The position numbers and the translations under genes were made by a program. The notes under the pieces are model-generated. The model did no database searches, was not told the DNA's origin, and saw nothing but the letters and a program-made list of their open reading frames with translations. A DNA stretch of 64,000 nucleotides from Candidatus Thorarchaeota archaeon (GTDB lineage: Archaea > Asgardarchaeota > Thorarchaeia > Thorarchaeales > Thorarchaeaceae), in assembly GCA_046758445.1 (NCBI GenBank), contig JBHIAE010000003.1, positions 1 through 64,000 on the forward strand. Direction: 5' to 3'. Numbering within the stretch: position 1 is the first letter of the stretch; the number at the start of each line of letters is the position of its first letter. Below are positions 1 to 10,348 of this stretch, in pieces.

Positions 1-260
1 CCTCTGAGCTTCACAATCTGTTCTTGAGGAGATACCCAGTTGCCCTCAAATGCAAAGACCTCGTAGTCTAGATTGGAGAACTCAGCGATGGCCACAATCT
101 CTTCAACTCCAGCTAGCACAGTCTTACTCTTCGCAAAGATCGTGGCCGCTCCTTTTGCATCGGCAGGAACTGTGATCTCTGTAGTGAGGTCTCCAGACCT
201 GATGTCTTCCCGAAGGAAACTCTTCAACGTTTCAATCACCGAAGGAGGCAACTCTCTCAT
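1..260 (-). CDS. nadC: Nicotinate-nucleotide pyrophosphorylase (quinolinate phosphoribosyltransferase), 5' part only; runs off the window start
   Basis: Not in the ORF track. Manual translation from ATG 260 gives MRELPPSVIETLKSFLREDIRSGDLTTEITVPADAKGAATIFAKSKTVLAGVEE..., with the NadC N-terminal 'L.ED...GD.TT' and 'AK...V.AG' pattern. Confidence 0.8.
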   Translation of the reverse strand, partial: MRELPPSVIETLKSFLREDIRSGDLTTEITVPADAKGAATIFAKSKTVLAGVEEIVAIAEFSNLDYEVFAFEGNWVSPQEQIVKLR

Positions 261-276
261 TTTGCATCACGTCTCG

Positions 277-906
277 TCAACATCGGGTATGATCAGGGTT
301 TCTTGTTATCTGTCCGCGGGGGGTAGTTTCTCCGAAGATCTCGGCCTGAAATGACATGAACTCGGTAGTTGAATCCTCCCAGAGGTCCTTAGGGAAGCCC
401 GCCTTGTTGCAGGTGTGCTCTAGAAAGGTCTTGGTATCCCAGCCATACTCTAGGGCGACCTGGGGAAGCAGGAGTCCGCGCATACCCCCTCTGCTAGCGA
501 TAAGCCCATCTCTTCCCACCTTTACCAACTCAAGGAGTTCGCTAGGATCTAAGTATTCTAGCTTTCGAGGTGGGGTAAGGACACTGAGGTCTACAATGAT
601 CTGGTCGAGCTCTCCAGGGCTGACCGGTGTGAATCTGGGATCATGGACTGCTGCATCAATGGCAGAGTCGACTGTGGCTTCAATCAAGGGCTGTGTTGGA
701 TATGGGCGACCGATACACCCCCTGAGTCTAACATGACGCCCCTCCAGGACATTGAGGGTGACAAAGACTCCAGACTTCTCCCACAGCTTCGGTGAAGCAT
801 CGTCTGGTATTGTTGGTTGAGTCTTAGTCTTCACATACCCATCCACCGACTTCCTTGCCAATTCTACAAGGAAGACACCATCTTCCTCAGAGTAAGCATA
901 GTCCAA
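277..906 (-). CDS. AMMECR1/AmmeMemoRadiSam protein A family
   Basis: GVFVTL, LRGCIG, DPRF, GRDGL, GLLLPQV and KAG motifs. Confidence 0.92.
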   Translation of the reverse strand: MDYAYSEEDGVFLVELARKSVDGYVKTKTQPTIPDDASPKLWEKSGVFVTLNVLEGRHVRLRGCIGRPYPTQPLIEATVDSAIDAAVHDPRFTPVSPGELDQIIVDLSVLTPPRKLEYLDPSELLELVKVGRDGLIASRGGMRGLLLPQVALEYGWDTKTFLEHTCNKAGFPKDLWEDSTTEFMSFQAEIFGETTPRGQITRNPDHTRC

Positions 907-958
907 TCAGTATCCACCGATTCTTTCGAGCACTCGAGACCGGTTATGCTTTTCGCAT

Positions 959-2275
959 TCACCACACTTTCCGTACAGGCACTCTTCCGACCATTCCGGG
1001 GTCAACCAAGAACTCACCGTGATCGTATACAACGTTTCCTTCCACTATCGTGATTACTGGACGGGCTGCAACGTTCCTTCCTTCGAACGGAGTGACCTTG
1101 GCTTTTGAGTGAAAATCGGACCCGCGAATCTCCCATTCTTCTCTCGCAACGACTATGAGGTCGGCATCATAACCCGGTGTGAGCACTCCTTTGCCATGGA
1201 TGTTCAGTATCTTTGCAGGGCCCGAGCAACAGAACCTTAGATAGTCAATCCAGGTGATATTGCCATTGAATACCTCTGTCAACATCAGGGGAACAGTGGT
1301 TTCGAGTCCGGGCGTTCCCGCTGCTGCCTCAAGGAACGGCCTTGTCTTCTCGTCCATCCGATGTGGAGCATGGTCTGAAGCTACACAATCGATTGCGCAC
1401 GTTCTCGTAAGCCCTTCCAGTAGTGCCTCGTTGTCATAGGGGGACCTTAGTGGAGGTAGCATCTTAGCTGTCCCGTCGTCATGTGTAAACTCGCCGCCAG
1501 ATAGGAAGAGGTGATGAGGTGTGACTTCAGCAGTAAGCGTTTCCTCAGCCCTGTTCTCTGCAATTAGACGCACAGACGTACCGCAGCTGACATGGCATAC
1601 ATGCAGCCGTCCTCTCACTTTGTCCCTCACTGACAGAAACATCTTGAGTGACTTGACTTCACTCTCACAACTGTGAAGCAGGAGGTAGTCACTGAGCGTC
1701 TTGGGCTTCTTCGTACGTGGTGCGGCGTCTGGATGTAGTAGGACCGGGATGTTGTGCTGAGCAGACAACTTCATACATTCGAGGGCTCGCTTCTTGCTGT
1801 ACCTTGTACCTTTGTCGAGGGGGGCATGTGGGTATACTTTGACGCCCAAGATCTGCGGCAGCATTGTCTTATCGAAGTCTTCCACCCTCTTTGGGATTCC
1901 TGCATAAAAGCCGACGTTCACATATCGGTCTACTTCTGCGCATGCAATCTTCCCTTCCAGAACATCATTGGTCAGTATTGGAGGCTTCGAGTTTGGCATA
2001 TCAACCACAGTGGTAACGCCTCCAGCTGCTGCAGCCATGGTTCCAGTTTCGAAGGTTTCCTTGTCAGTTTCTCCCATGTCCCGAAGATGGACATGAATGT
2101 CAATTGCACCAGGGAGGATATACATACCATTGCAGTCTATCCTCTCTGTAGCAGAGGGCTCAGCGTCTACATTGTATATGCCTTCTATCTTGCCGGAACT
2201 GATTCCCACTGAGCCGACCGCTTCTCTACCCTCCACTATCACTATGCCATTGCTGAGAAGCAGGTCCACAGGCAT
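959..2275 (-). CDS. pyrC: Dihydroorotase (cyclic amidohydrolase family)
   Basis: PGAIDIHVHLR, AAAAGGVTTVVDMPN, HVCHVS, EVTPHHL, PPLR, SDHAPH, PGLET. Confidence 0.85.
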   Translation of the reverse strand: MPVDLLLSNGIVIVEGREAVGSVGISSGKIEGIYNVDAEPSATERIDCNGMYILPGAIDIHVHLRDMGETDKETFETGTMAAAAGGVTTVVDMPNSKPPILTNDVLEGKIACAEVDRYVNVGFYAGIPKRVEDFDKTMLPQILGVKVYPHAPLDKGTRYSKKRALECMKLSAQHNIPVLLHPDAAPRTKKPKTLSDYLLLHSCESEVKSLKMFLSVRDKVRGRLHVCHVSCGTSVRLIAENRAEETLTAEVTPHHLFLSGGEFTHDDGTAKMLPPLRSPYDNEALLEGLTRTCAIDCVASDHAPHRMDEKTRPFLEAAAGTPGLETTVPLMLTEVFNGNITWIDYLRFCCSGPAKILNIHGKGVLTPGYDADLIVVAREEWEIRGSDFHSKAKVTPFEGRNVAARPVITIVEGNVVYDHGEFLVDPGMVGRVPVRKVW

Positions 2276-2320
2276 GCCTAATGTTTGGTCACGGTGCGTT
2301 AAGATTGTGTCGCCGAAGCC

Positions 2321-3142
2321 CTACTTCTTGCTTTGTGGGACCTTGAACTTGTTGGCAACGAAACGTGTGAAGTCTGTGGCACTTATGATTCCGACCAGTC
2401 TATTCCCCTTGCCCACTACTGGTAACGTGTTCAGATTCGCATCAAGCATCCTCTCTACTGCGACCGCAATCGTGTCCTCTTCAGACACAAGAGGTGGCTG
2501 CTGAATCATAGCATCTACCACACGAATCTGTCTTACCTGATTCTTTCGATGCTTGTCGGGAACCTCAACACTGAAACGTGCCATCGCCTCAGCAACAGCC
2601 CTCTCGGTGAGCAGTCCTAGTACTCGACCCCCATCGGTCACCGGAAGTCCTGAGTAGCCCTTATCGAGCATCTCAACTCTCGCTTTCACAAGGCGTTCAA
2701 CTGGATTCACGACCAGAAGGTCCTCAGTTGTCATGAGGTCGCCTACCTTAACATCCTCGAACTTCTTTATTAGTGAAGAAAGCTCAGTCTTGGATATCAC
2801 ACCGACAAGCTTGTCCTCTTTGTCTACCACCGGACAGCCACTCATTCCCCTATCGATCATGAGATGCGCCACTTCGGTGATGTCGTCATCTGGAGTCACA
2901 GTGATCACGGTGTCAGTCATTGCACTCGAAACATGAAGTCTCCCAATTGATACTGCGACTACTTTGCTAACACTCAGCCTGTCTGCTATGTCTGCATAAG
3001 TTAGAATTCCTCGAACGGCTCCGTTCTGAGTTACGATCAGCCTATCTACACGCTTCTTGTCCAATAGCACAAGCGCTTGAGATAGTCTCTGATCTTTGTC
3101 TATTGTGACCGGTTCGGCCATGATTTGACTTACTTCCAACAC
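2321..3142 (-). CDS. CBS domain protein (four CBS motifs)
   Basis: Repeated M..pv.tv / PVVD..lvGiis..D units. Confidence 0.9.
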   Translation of the reverse strand: MLEVSQIMAEPVTIDKDQRLSQALVLLDKKRVDRLIVTQNGAVRGILTYADIADRLSVSKVVAVSIGRLHVSSAMTDTVITVTPDDDITEVAHLMIDRGMSGCPVVDKEDKLVGVISKTELSSLIKKFEDVKVGDLMTTEDLLVVNPVERLVKARVEMLDKGYSGLPVTDGGRVLGLLTERAVAEAMARFSVEVPDKHRKNQVRQIRVVDAMIQQPPLVSEEDTIAVAVERMLDANLNTLPVVGKGNRLVGIISATDFTRFVANKFKVPQSKK

Positions 3143-3194
3143 ACGAACCTCCTGTTTTTCACCTGTCTGTACCCATCCATACCGTCTGGTTCGA

Positions 3195-3758
3195 CTAGGT
3201 TCTGCATACTTCGCACAAGTACCGACCGTCTATCAACGCAAGATCAGTGGAGTACTCGCCACAGCTATCACATATACCCCCAAAGGCTATTAGTTCATCC
3301 TCCTCTTCCTCATCCCTAACTCCATGGTTGTTCCGCACTCTTAGGGACTCCATCAAGACGTCAATGAGTTCGGGGGACCAACGAAGGATATCCCTTGACG
3401 TGATTATGCCGGCAAGAGTGTCGTTCTTCAATACAGCCACTCGACGAATGTTGCTTTTTGCCATTACCCGCATGGCTTCTGTGAGAGCGGTGTCTGGCGT
3501 GACGTGGACGAGGGGTGAACTCATCACTTCACTGGCCTTGGTTGCCTTCGGATCTCTTTGCTCTGCAACTACTCTGCGCGCGATATCCGATTCTGTTATC
3601 ATCCCTACCGCACGAGTCCTGTCCATTATTATTATTGAACCAATATCCATCTCAGCCATACGAGAGGCCACCTCGCGCACCGTCGCGTCTGGCGGCATCG
3701 TCACTACGTTGACAGCCATTATGTCTCTGACAGACATGGAATGCGTAGGGTCAGACAC
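3195..3758 (-). CDS. CBS-pair protein with C-terminal zinc ribbon
   Basis: Two CBS motifs, an acidic linker, then CDSC-x14-CEVC. Confidence 0.88.
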   Translation of the reverse strand: MSDPTHSMSVRDIMAVNVVTMPPDATVREVASRMAEMDIGSIIIMDRTRAVGMITESDIARRVVAEQRDPKATKASEVMSSPLVHVTPDTALTEAMRVMAKSNIRRVAVLKNDTLAGIITSRDILRWSPELIDVLMESLRVRNNHGVRDEEEEDELIAFGGICDSCGEYSTDLALIDGRYLCEVCRT

Positions 3759-3923
3759 TGAATATACCTCCGCGCCTCAGAAAGTTGATACAACACCCAG
3801 AGTCCTCGGGCTGTGGGGTGCGTCCTTGACTGCCTCGTTCCCGCACGGATTTAAACGTGTCTGTGCTGGCTGTCATGTGTTTCAGAGCAAGAGATGCGTA
3901 TTCTATCAGTCAGTACCACTCTT

Positions 3924-5939
3924 TCAAGAAGACCTGACCTTTCCTCCACCGGCCGGCAACACGCGCATCAAATCTTCCTGAGGGATCTGTTCAACGAGGT
4001 GGAACTTCTCCTCTGGTAATGTCCTCTTTAGAGAACTTACAATACTCTTCACAAGCTGACCTTTCTTCTCTCCGCCAGGATCTACTCTAAGATGATGTTC
4101 GGTGAGAGTTGTAATCGCTGATGGGGGTCCAGAAACGGGAATTGCATAGTCATCCTCAAGCAATATGCCTACTGCAAGTTCCACAGGCACGGATTCAATG
4201 TAGTTCTTTGTGCCATAGATCATTACAGCCCCACTGGGCAGATACTCTCCAGATGGCGGGCTGAAGCTGACCTGCTCCGGATTCACCCAGTATGCTTCAC
4301 CACTTGAGAGACCATCTTGCCAAGCGCGCGAAAACGTAACTGCAAACTGCGCTGCCTCCTTGAGCGTCTGTTCTCCTGGCGGTCTGTCAGGCACCTTCAC
4401 TATCACATAGGGTGCTCCATGAACAGATGCATGGAGAAAGACATCATTTGGACTCATTTGGCGCTTGGCAAGCCTCTCGTTAGTCTTTGCATCTCGGCCC
4501 CCTATGACCAGAAAGCCCTCAGACGAGATGAACCAGCGGAACTTCTCATACCATCTCTTCTTCCTCAGCTTGACCGGTTTGACCTTCCGAACTTCAGGCT
4601 CAATCTTGCTCTTTTCTAGGTCCTGCAGCTTGACCTTTGTCTTCTCAATCTGCCGCAATGCACCCTTTGTCTTGGACTCGGCCTTCTTCGCCTGTTCGTA
4701 TGCAAGTGAAGCGTTGTCCTGTGCACTCTTTCTGATGTCAAGACCCACTTCTACTCCGGACAGACTCACAGTGATCTTGGCCTGGGACGGCACAATCTTC
4801 TCGATATGACTTGCCGATACAATGTTCTTCTCTTTGCCCTTCTCAACTCTTGCCAATACCTCAGTCCATGAGAGACCATTTGCCCGGGCGTTCGAAATCG
4901 TGTCCAGAATCTCCTGAACTATCTGAAAGTGTGCATAGATGGCCTCCCCAGAAGCTCTCAGCGTATTGGCCTGAGTCTCTAATCTCGAAATGTTCTCTTT
5001 CTGCTTCTTTATTATCTTCTCAAGACGCATACGCTCCTTTTCATAGGCATCTTGGACCTCATCATGCTTCAGCTCAATGTCTGAAACCCCGAAGAACCTG
5101 TCCATTGCCTGACTGAGTGAGGCGAAGGTTTCCGTGGGGAGGCCTTCGTAGATCTCAAACATAAACGGAAGAAATGCGATGGCATCCTCCTCTTCCTCGG
5201 CAGACTCACTGTAGACCACACGAGGCTCGCTGACTCCCAACTTGAACTTCTCTCGAAACTGGTGCAGGCCTCCTGCTAAATCCTTCACAGCCTGTGAGTC
5301 TAAATTAGATACATTGGTCCTTGGGTCAACACCTGATAGAGCACATATCTCTTCGCAGCTGAGAGCGTCGAGGTTCAAGCGACTAGTAAGAGTGCGAACG
5401 ACGTTCGCAGTCGAGTCGGCTATTATCTCTTCAAAAGAGTTCATATTCAGGCCGAGAATGTCCACACCACGCGGAGGAGGAAACTCATACTGGGCCTTGG
5501 GTACTACGCTACGGTCCCTCATTTTTCTGTATCGCATAGCTACAAAGATGGTGTCATTAGGGTCAAGGAGGAGAAGGTTACCACTTCCAAATAGCTCGAC
5601 GACCAACTTGTGCGAGCTAGACTCATCGCCGATCTCGATTACAATGATACGGTCCAAGTCATGCTGGAAGACCGAGATGATCCTCCTATCACGAAGATAC
5701 TTCCTGAGAACTGTGCAGAACTTCGGTGGCACTCGAGGAGCAACTCGCCGGAACTCGGTTAGATGAATACGCCTCCCGACCTGAATCAGTAGCTGAGATG
5801 TGCCTCCGCCTGGCTTGTAAAGTCTGAGCACAAACACATCACCATACTGATACAGATTCTTGACAAACGAGCCTTCTGCGGCCTGTTTGAGTTCTGGGAG
5901 AATCAGACGGATGTCAGTATTGCTCATGGTTTCCTTCAT
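3924..5939 (-). CDS. rqcH: Ribosome quality control factor Rqc2/RqcH (NEMF/NFACT family)
   Basis: DRII...ELFGSGN N-domain, coiled coil, WYEKFRWFISS, GGRDA..NE, HA..HGAP, SGEYLPSGA. Confidence 0.92.
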   Translation of the reverse strand: MKETMSNTDIRLILPELKQAAEGSFVKNLYQYGDVFVLRLYKPGGGTSQLLIQVGRRIHLTEFRRVAPRVPPKFCTVLRKYLRDRRIISVFQHDLDRIIVIEIGDESSSHKLVVELFGSGNLLLLDPNDTIFVAMRYRKMRDRSVVPKAQYEFPPPRGVDILGLNMNSFEEIIADSTANVVRTLTSRLNLDALSCEEICALSGVDPRTNVSNLDSQAVKDLAGGLHQFREKFKLGVSEPRVVYSESAEEEEDAIAFLPFMFEIYEGLPTETFASLSQAMDRFFGVSDIELKHDEVQDAYEKERMRLEKIIKKQKENISRLETQANTLRASGEAIYAHFQIVQEILDTISNARANGLSWTEVLARVEKGKEKNIVSASHIEKIVPSQAKITVSLSGVEVGLDIRKSAQDNASLAYEQAKKAESKTKGALRQIEKTKVKLQDLEKSKIEPEVRKVKPVKLRKKRWYEKFRWFISSEGFLVIGGRDAKTNERLAKRQMSPNDVFLHASVHGAPYVIVKVPDRPPGEQTLKEAAQFAVTFSRAWQDGLSSGEAYWVNPEQVSFSPPSGEYLPSGAVMIYGTKNYIESVPVELAVGILLEDDYAIPVSGPPSAITTLTEHHLRVDPGGEKKGQLVKSIVSSLKRTLPEEKFHLVEQIPQEDLMRVLPAGGGKVRSS

Positions 5940-6014
5940 AATCGCTTCTCCAACTGACCGAGCGTTTTATAACCTAGTCGATTAACGGAGGCACCAGTCC
6001 GTAGGTGCCAGCAG

Positions 6015-6371
6015 ATGTCTTCATTGATCAACCCTCTCAGAGGCCTCTTCAAGTCCATCTTTGGAAGATGGGAAGACAAGCCAGACAATCAACAGACCTA
6101 CGTCAAGATTCTCTTTGCAGTGCTTAGCGGGATATTCTGTGGTCTGCAGGGACAGACTTTTGCTGGAACAAGGGGCCTGGCATTTGGTCTGCTTGTCTAC
6201 TCTCTGAGTCTCTTTGTGATCGTGTATCTCCTTGAGATAGACCCCGAGGAAATCGGTGGACGTCAGAAACTAATCACAGCAGGCCTACCCACCTACCTGC
6301 TTCTCTGGGTTCTTCTTTGGACGCTGATATTCGCATTTACACTGCCTCCCGAAATCATTGGAGACCTCTAA
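6015..6371 (+). CDS. EMC6/RAB5IF-like three-TM membrane protein
   Basis: Three hydrophobic segments. SG..CG.(x)G..G pattern and C-terminal GL.TY.L.W..(x)WT, resembling eukaryotic EMC6. Confidence 0.65.
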   Translation: MSSLINPLRGLFKSIFGRWEDKPDNQQTYVKILFAVLSGIFCGLQGQTFAGTRGLAFGLLVYSLSLFVIVYLLEIDPEEIGGRQKLITAGLPTYLLLWVLLWTLIFAFTLPPEIIGDL

Positions 6372-6393
6372 GCCAAGTATGCTGTCTGCGTCA

Positions 6394-6939
6394 CTATATG
6401 AGCGCCAGCACCTGGATTATGACGTAGCCCAACAACAAAAATGGAATTTGTGGAACAACTGGACGCCCCTCTTCGAACTTATCTTGCACATTCTTAGTCC
6501 ATCTGGAGTACACATAGCCGAGAAGTAACATAATGAAGAGTCCCAAACCTCCGCCAACGAATGCTTCGAATGTCGGAGAGTTCCACACTGCAAATTCGAT
6601 GCCAGGACTCATTATGGCCACAGTCACAAGGGACTTGGCATCGGCGCCACCCAGCGACCCAATCCTGAAGAGCAGGTACGATAGAAATGATACGAAGATG
6701 AACGCCGTGAGATGAAGAACAGGACTCTCGGCCACGTGTCCTGACAAGACCGTCACGCTGAAACCGACTAGGCCTCCTGCCAACATGTACAGATTTCTGA
6801 CCTTTCGACCATGTAGGTCCATTATACTGTAGACGATGAGTAGCACCAGAGTCACGCTAAACGCGAGAACCGAAGTGATTGACAAATCAAGCGCCATTCG
6901 CACCCAGTCCTGAACGTGCTGCTGTGAGAGTGTTGTCAT
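6394..6939 (-). CDS. A24 prepilin/preflagellin peptidase-like protein
   Basis: First Asp in S.MDL..R.V.N, GGADAK motif, and C-terminal VP.IPF. Confidence 0.8.
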   Translation of the reverse strand: MTTLSQQHVQDWVRMALDLSITSVLAFSVTLVLLIVYSIMDLHGRKVRNLYMLAGGLVGFSVTVLSGHVAESPVLHLTAFIFVSFLSYLLFRIGSLGGADAKSLVTVAIMSPGIEFAVWNSPTFEAFVGGGLGLFIMLLLGYVYSRWTKNVQDKFEEGRPVVPQIPFLLLGYVIIQVLALI

Positions 6940-7072
6940 CTAAAGTATATAGCCCCATCACAGGCTACGAGGCAGACAGCAAGAAAGATTAGGCACTTAA
7001 TGGGCCTCCGGGCGGGCGCCAAGGGTTAGTGTACAATCTCCCTTGCACTAGGACTATTCAGAAGCTGATAGA

Positions 7073-7960
7073 ATGAAAGACTCCATGCAAGTCATTGAGG
7101 AAACTACTGTCCGTCTTCTTAGGATGGCGGCCACGAGGCTTCCCAAGGATGTTGAAGATGCACTGAGAAATGCACACGACCGTGAAACGGATGAAACCGC
7201 CAAGACTCAGCTATCTGCGATCCTACAGAACATTGAGATAGCTGAGGCAGGTATTCCCATGTGTCAAGACACTGGAATCATCACATTCTATCTCAAGGCG
7301 GGCGACAAGTTTCCATTTACCAGCAAAGTGAGAGAATCTCTTGTGAAAGCGACAAGGACAGCCACTGCTACCGTGCCCCTTCGTCCAAATGCAGTGAATC
7401 CAATTGTTGGAGGCAACTCGGGGGATAACACTGGTAGGAAGATTCCTTGGATCAACTGGGAAATTGTCCAGGGTGACACGCTCGAGATCACAGCATTTCC
7501 AAAGGGCGGTGGCAGCGAGAATGTGTCCATAGTTGGCATGTTGAAACCTGGAGTTGGCCTGACTGGTGTGAAAAAGCTGGTAGTAGACAATGCGATGAGC
7601 TATATGGGCAAGGCTTGCTCTCCGAACATAATTGGAGTTGGGATTGGCGGTGGGGCTGACATCTCCATCAAGATTGCGAAGGAGCAGCTACTTAGACCCC
7701 TCAATGACAGTCATCCAGAGCCCGAGGTGGCTGAGATTGAGAAGGACCTAGTGGAAGCAATCAACGCCACTGGTATTGGTCCTATGGGCCTTGGCGGCAA
7801 GACAACGGTCTTGGGTGTGAAGGTCGACTACGCAATGCGACACCCTGCAAGCCTGCCCGTAGGGGTAGCCGTACAATGCTGGGCCGCACGTCACAGCAAG
7901 GCCATCATCTCGAAGGATCTCGAGGTCACATACCTGACCCATCCAATGGAGGGTGAATAG
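7073..7960 (+). CDS. fumA: Class I (Fe-S) fumarate hydratase, alpha subunit
   Basis: PMCQDTG, PLRPN, PKGGGSEN, ACSP, GIGPMGLGG, HPASLPV, QCWA. Confidence 0.92.
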   Translation: MKDSMQVIEETTVRLLRMAATRLPKDVEDALRNAHDRETDETAKTQLSAILQNIEIAEAGIPMCQDTGIITFYLKAGDKFPFTSKVRESLVKATRTATATVPLRPNAVNPIVGGNSGDNTGRKIPWINWEIVQGDTLEITAFPKGGGSENVSIVGMLKPGVGLTGVKKLVVDNAMSYMGKACSPNIIGVGIGGGADISIKIAKEQLLRPLNDSHPEPEVAEIEKDLVEAINATGIGPMGLGGKTTVLGVKVDYAMRHPASLPVGVAVQCWAARHSKAIISKDLEVTYLTHPMEGE

Positions 7961-8570
7961 ATTGCCAGAGTATCATCTCACAACTCCAGTTTCTGAGGAG
8001 GATGCTAGGAAGCTGAAGGTTGGCGATGTTGTCTACGTAACTGGTGAGCACGTATACACCGCTCGTGACGAGGCCCACCTCAGAGCCCTTGAGCTGTTTG
8101 AAGAAGGTGTGAAACCCCCGGTTGACTTCGAGGGCAGTGTTGTCTATCACGTTGGTCCTGTGGCATGGCAGAAGGAGGGCAAGTGGCAGATTGTTTCAGC
8201 TGGACCCACTACGAGCATCAGGATGGAGATGGTTGAGGAGGACTTCCTGCGCAAATACAAGGCCCGCATCATAATCGGAAAGGGTGGAATGGGGGAGAAG
8301 ACCTTGGTGGCGCTCGGTGATGTTGGAGCCGTCTACTGCAGTTTCACCGGCGGATGTGGAGCATTGGCGGCACGGGGGCTAAAGGAAGTCCGCGCCTACG
8401 AATGGAGAGATCTTGGAATGCCAGAAGCCCTCTGGGTGATTACAGCTGAGGAGTTTGGACCATTGCTTGTCACCATGGACTCTCACAGCCACAGTCTTCA
8501 TGATATCATGGATGAGCGGGTCGCTGCGCGCAAGGGCGAGGTCTATGCCAAGATTGGAGTCAAGGGGTGA
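7953..8570 (+). CDS. fumB: Class I fumarate hydratase, beta subunit
   Basis: TARDEAH, YHVGP, AGPTTS.RM, IGKGGM, DLGMPEA. Confidence 0.92.
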   Translation: MNRLPEYHLTTPVSEEDARKLKVGDVVYVTGEHVYTARDEAHLRALELFEEGVKPPVDFEGSVVYHVGPVAWQKEGKWQIVSAGPTTSIRMEMVEEDFLRKYKARIIIGKGGMGEKTLVALGDVGAVYCSFTGGCGALAARGLKEVRAYEWRDLGMPEALWVITAEEFGPLLVTMDSHSHSLHDIMDERVAARKGEVYAKIGVKG

Positions 8571-8659
8571 ATCTTCTCGACCACAACAGCAACTCTTAAA
8601 CGGTCCGTATCTGCCCGACCGTTCAGGCGCGGAGAAACTTCTCCATCGGAGGACTGTGA

Positions 8660-10348
8660 TTGAACTACAAGACGATGATGTGCGATGTCTTGGTGGTTGG
8701 CGCTGGCGGAGCTGGATGCCGTGCAGCTATCGAGGCATCGAACCACAATCTCGATGTAATCATGATTAGCAAGGAGCTCGTCGGAAAGGCACACACAGCC
8801 ATGGCCGAAGGCGGCTACAACGTGTCCTTAGGCAATGTGGATCCGGACGACAATCCTGAAACTCACTTCAAAGACACGATTGTTGGCGGGAACTACCTGA
8901 ACAATCAGAAGCTCGCCAGAATCCTCGTTCGTGACGCCTCAGAGAGAATCTTCGACCTAGAAGAATACGGTGCGGTCTTCGATAGGACGCCAGAGGGCAA
9001 GATTGCTCAGAGACCCTTTGGCAAACAGTCATGGAGGCGGACGGCCTATGCCTCTGATAGAACTGGTTCTGAGATAATGGTGACACTCACCGAGGCCATC
9101 CGAAAGACCTCTGTTCGCGTCTTCGATGAGGTGTTTGCCACGAAGATTCTCGTTGAAGACGGAAGAGTGGCAGGAGTAACTGCCATTGACATGAAGTATG
9201 GCGACTATCTTGTATTCCGTGCCAAGTCAGTAGTAATGGCCACGGGCGGCGCAGGCCGCATCTATGAGGTGACCAGTAATGCCCAACTCGATGTGGGTGA
9301 TGGCTATGGGATGGCCTACGCGGCAGGCTGTGAGCTTATCGACATGGAGATGGTGCAATTCCATCCGACTGGAATGGTCAAGCCAGAATCCGCGAAGGGT
9401 CGACTTGTCACAGAGGCCGTGCGTGGCGAGGGCGGAATCCTCCTGAACAACAAGGGAGAGCGATTCATGAAAAGGTACTATCCTGAGGTGATGGAGCTCG
9501 CGGGCCGCGATCAGGTTGCACGGTCTATCATGACCGAGGTCGTCGAGGGACGCGGCTCTCCAGATGGCGGAGTCTACCTCAGCATATCACATCTCCCGCG
9601 CTCTATCATCGAGTTCAGACTCGAGAGTATGATTGAGCAGTTCGAGGATGCAGGAATTGACATCAGAGAAGAGCCTATGCAAGTATCTCCGACCTGTCAT
9701 CACTTTATGGGTGGTATCAAGATTGACGAAGAGTCAGGCACGAACGTCGGGGGGCTCTATGCTGCAGGGGAATGTACAGGTGGAGTGCATGGCGGAAATC
9801 GACTGGGAGGCAATGCGCTTGCCGACACTCAGGTGTTCGGAGCCCTAGCAGGTCAAGGTGCTGCGAGGTTTGCGAAGCTGAATAACCACACTGGTTTCAA
9901 TCGCGAAACGGTCGTTGGAGAGTTTGAGAAGCTCGAGGCCATGCTTGAGCGGAAGGAGGGAATCGCTCCAGCCGATGCCCGAAAGGAACTCACCGAGCTG
10001 ATGTGGGAGAAGGTCCAGATATTCAGGAAAGAGGAGGACTTGGCCTTTGCAGTGAAAGAGCTTCGGCGGATCGAGAGAGAGAGAGTCCCCAACATCAAAG
10101 TGGACGTTCAAGTCAAGCGGTTCAACCCGGGCTGGCATCAGGCCATAGAGTTCGAACATATGGTCACGACAGCAAGAATGGTTGCCGAGGCGGCTTTGAT
10201 GAGAAAGGGTAGCAGGGGTGCGCACTACCGCGTTGACGCTGACCGCAATGATAAGGGCTATTACAATATCGTCATTCACAAGGGTGAAGACGGCAAGATG
10301 GAGCTACGAAAAGAAGACCTGGTGATCACTACAATAACGCCACCATAG
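8660..10348 (+). CDS. tfrA: Fumarate reductase flavoprotein subunit (thiol:fumarate reductase TfrA-like)
   Basis: GAGGAG FAD motif, AHT.MAEGG, QFHPTG, TEAVRGEGG, HHFMGG, HGGNRLGGN. Confidence 0.88.
   Translation: MNYKTMMCDVLVVGAGGAGCRAAIEASNHNLDVIMISKELVGKAHTAMAEGGYNVSLGNVDPDDNPETHFKDTIVGGNYLNNQKLARILVRDASERIFDLEEYGAVFDRTPEGKIAQRPFGKQSWRRTAYASDRTGSEIMVTLTEAIRKTSVRVFDEVFATKILVEDGRVAGVTAIDMKYGDYLVFRAKSVVMATGGAGRIYEVTSNAQLDVGDGYGMAYAAGCELIDMEMVQFHPTGMVKPESAKGRLVTEAVRGEGGILLNNKGERFMKRYYPEVMELAGRDQVARSIMTEVVEGRGSPDGGVYLSISHLPRSIIEFRLESMIEQFEDAGIDIREEPMQVSPTCHHFMGGIKIDEESGTNVGGLYAAGECTGGVHGGNRLGGNALADTQVFGALAGQGAARFAKLNNHTGFNRETVVGEFEKLEAMLERKEGIAPADARKELTELMWEKVQIFRKEEDLAFAVKELRRIERERVPNIKVDVQVKRFNPGWHQAIEFEHMVTTARMVAEAALMRKGSRGAHYRVDADRNDKGYYNIVIHKGEDGKMELRKEDLVITTITPP

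Noticed and set aside
3794-3820. Hairpin upstream of the CBS-Zn gene (similar small hairpins at about 8599-8644)
   Set aside because: Short isolated stems with no additional motif; not distinguishable from chance or ordinary UTR structure
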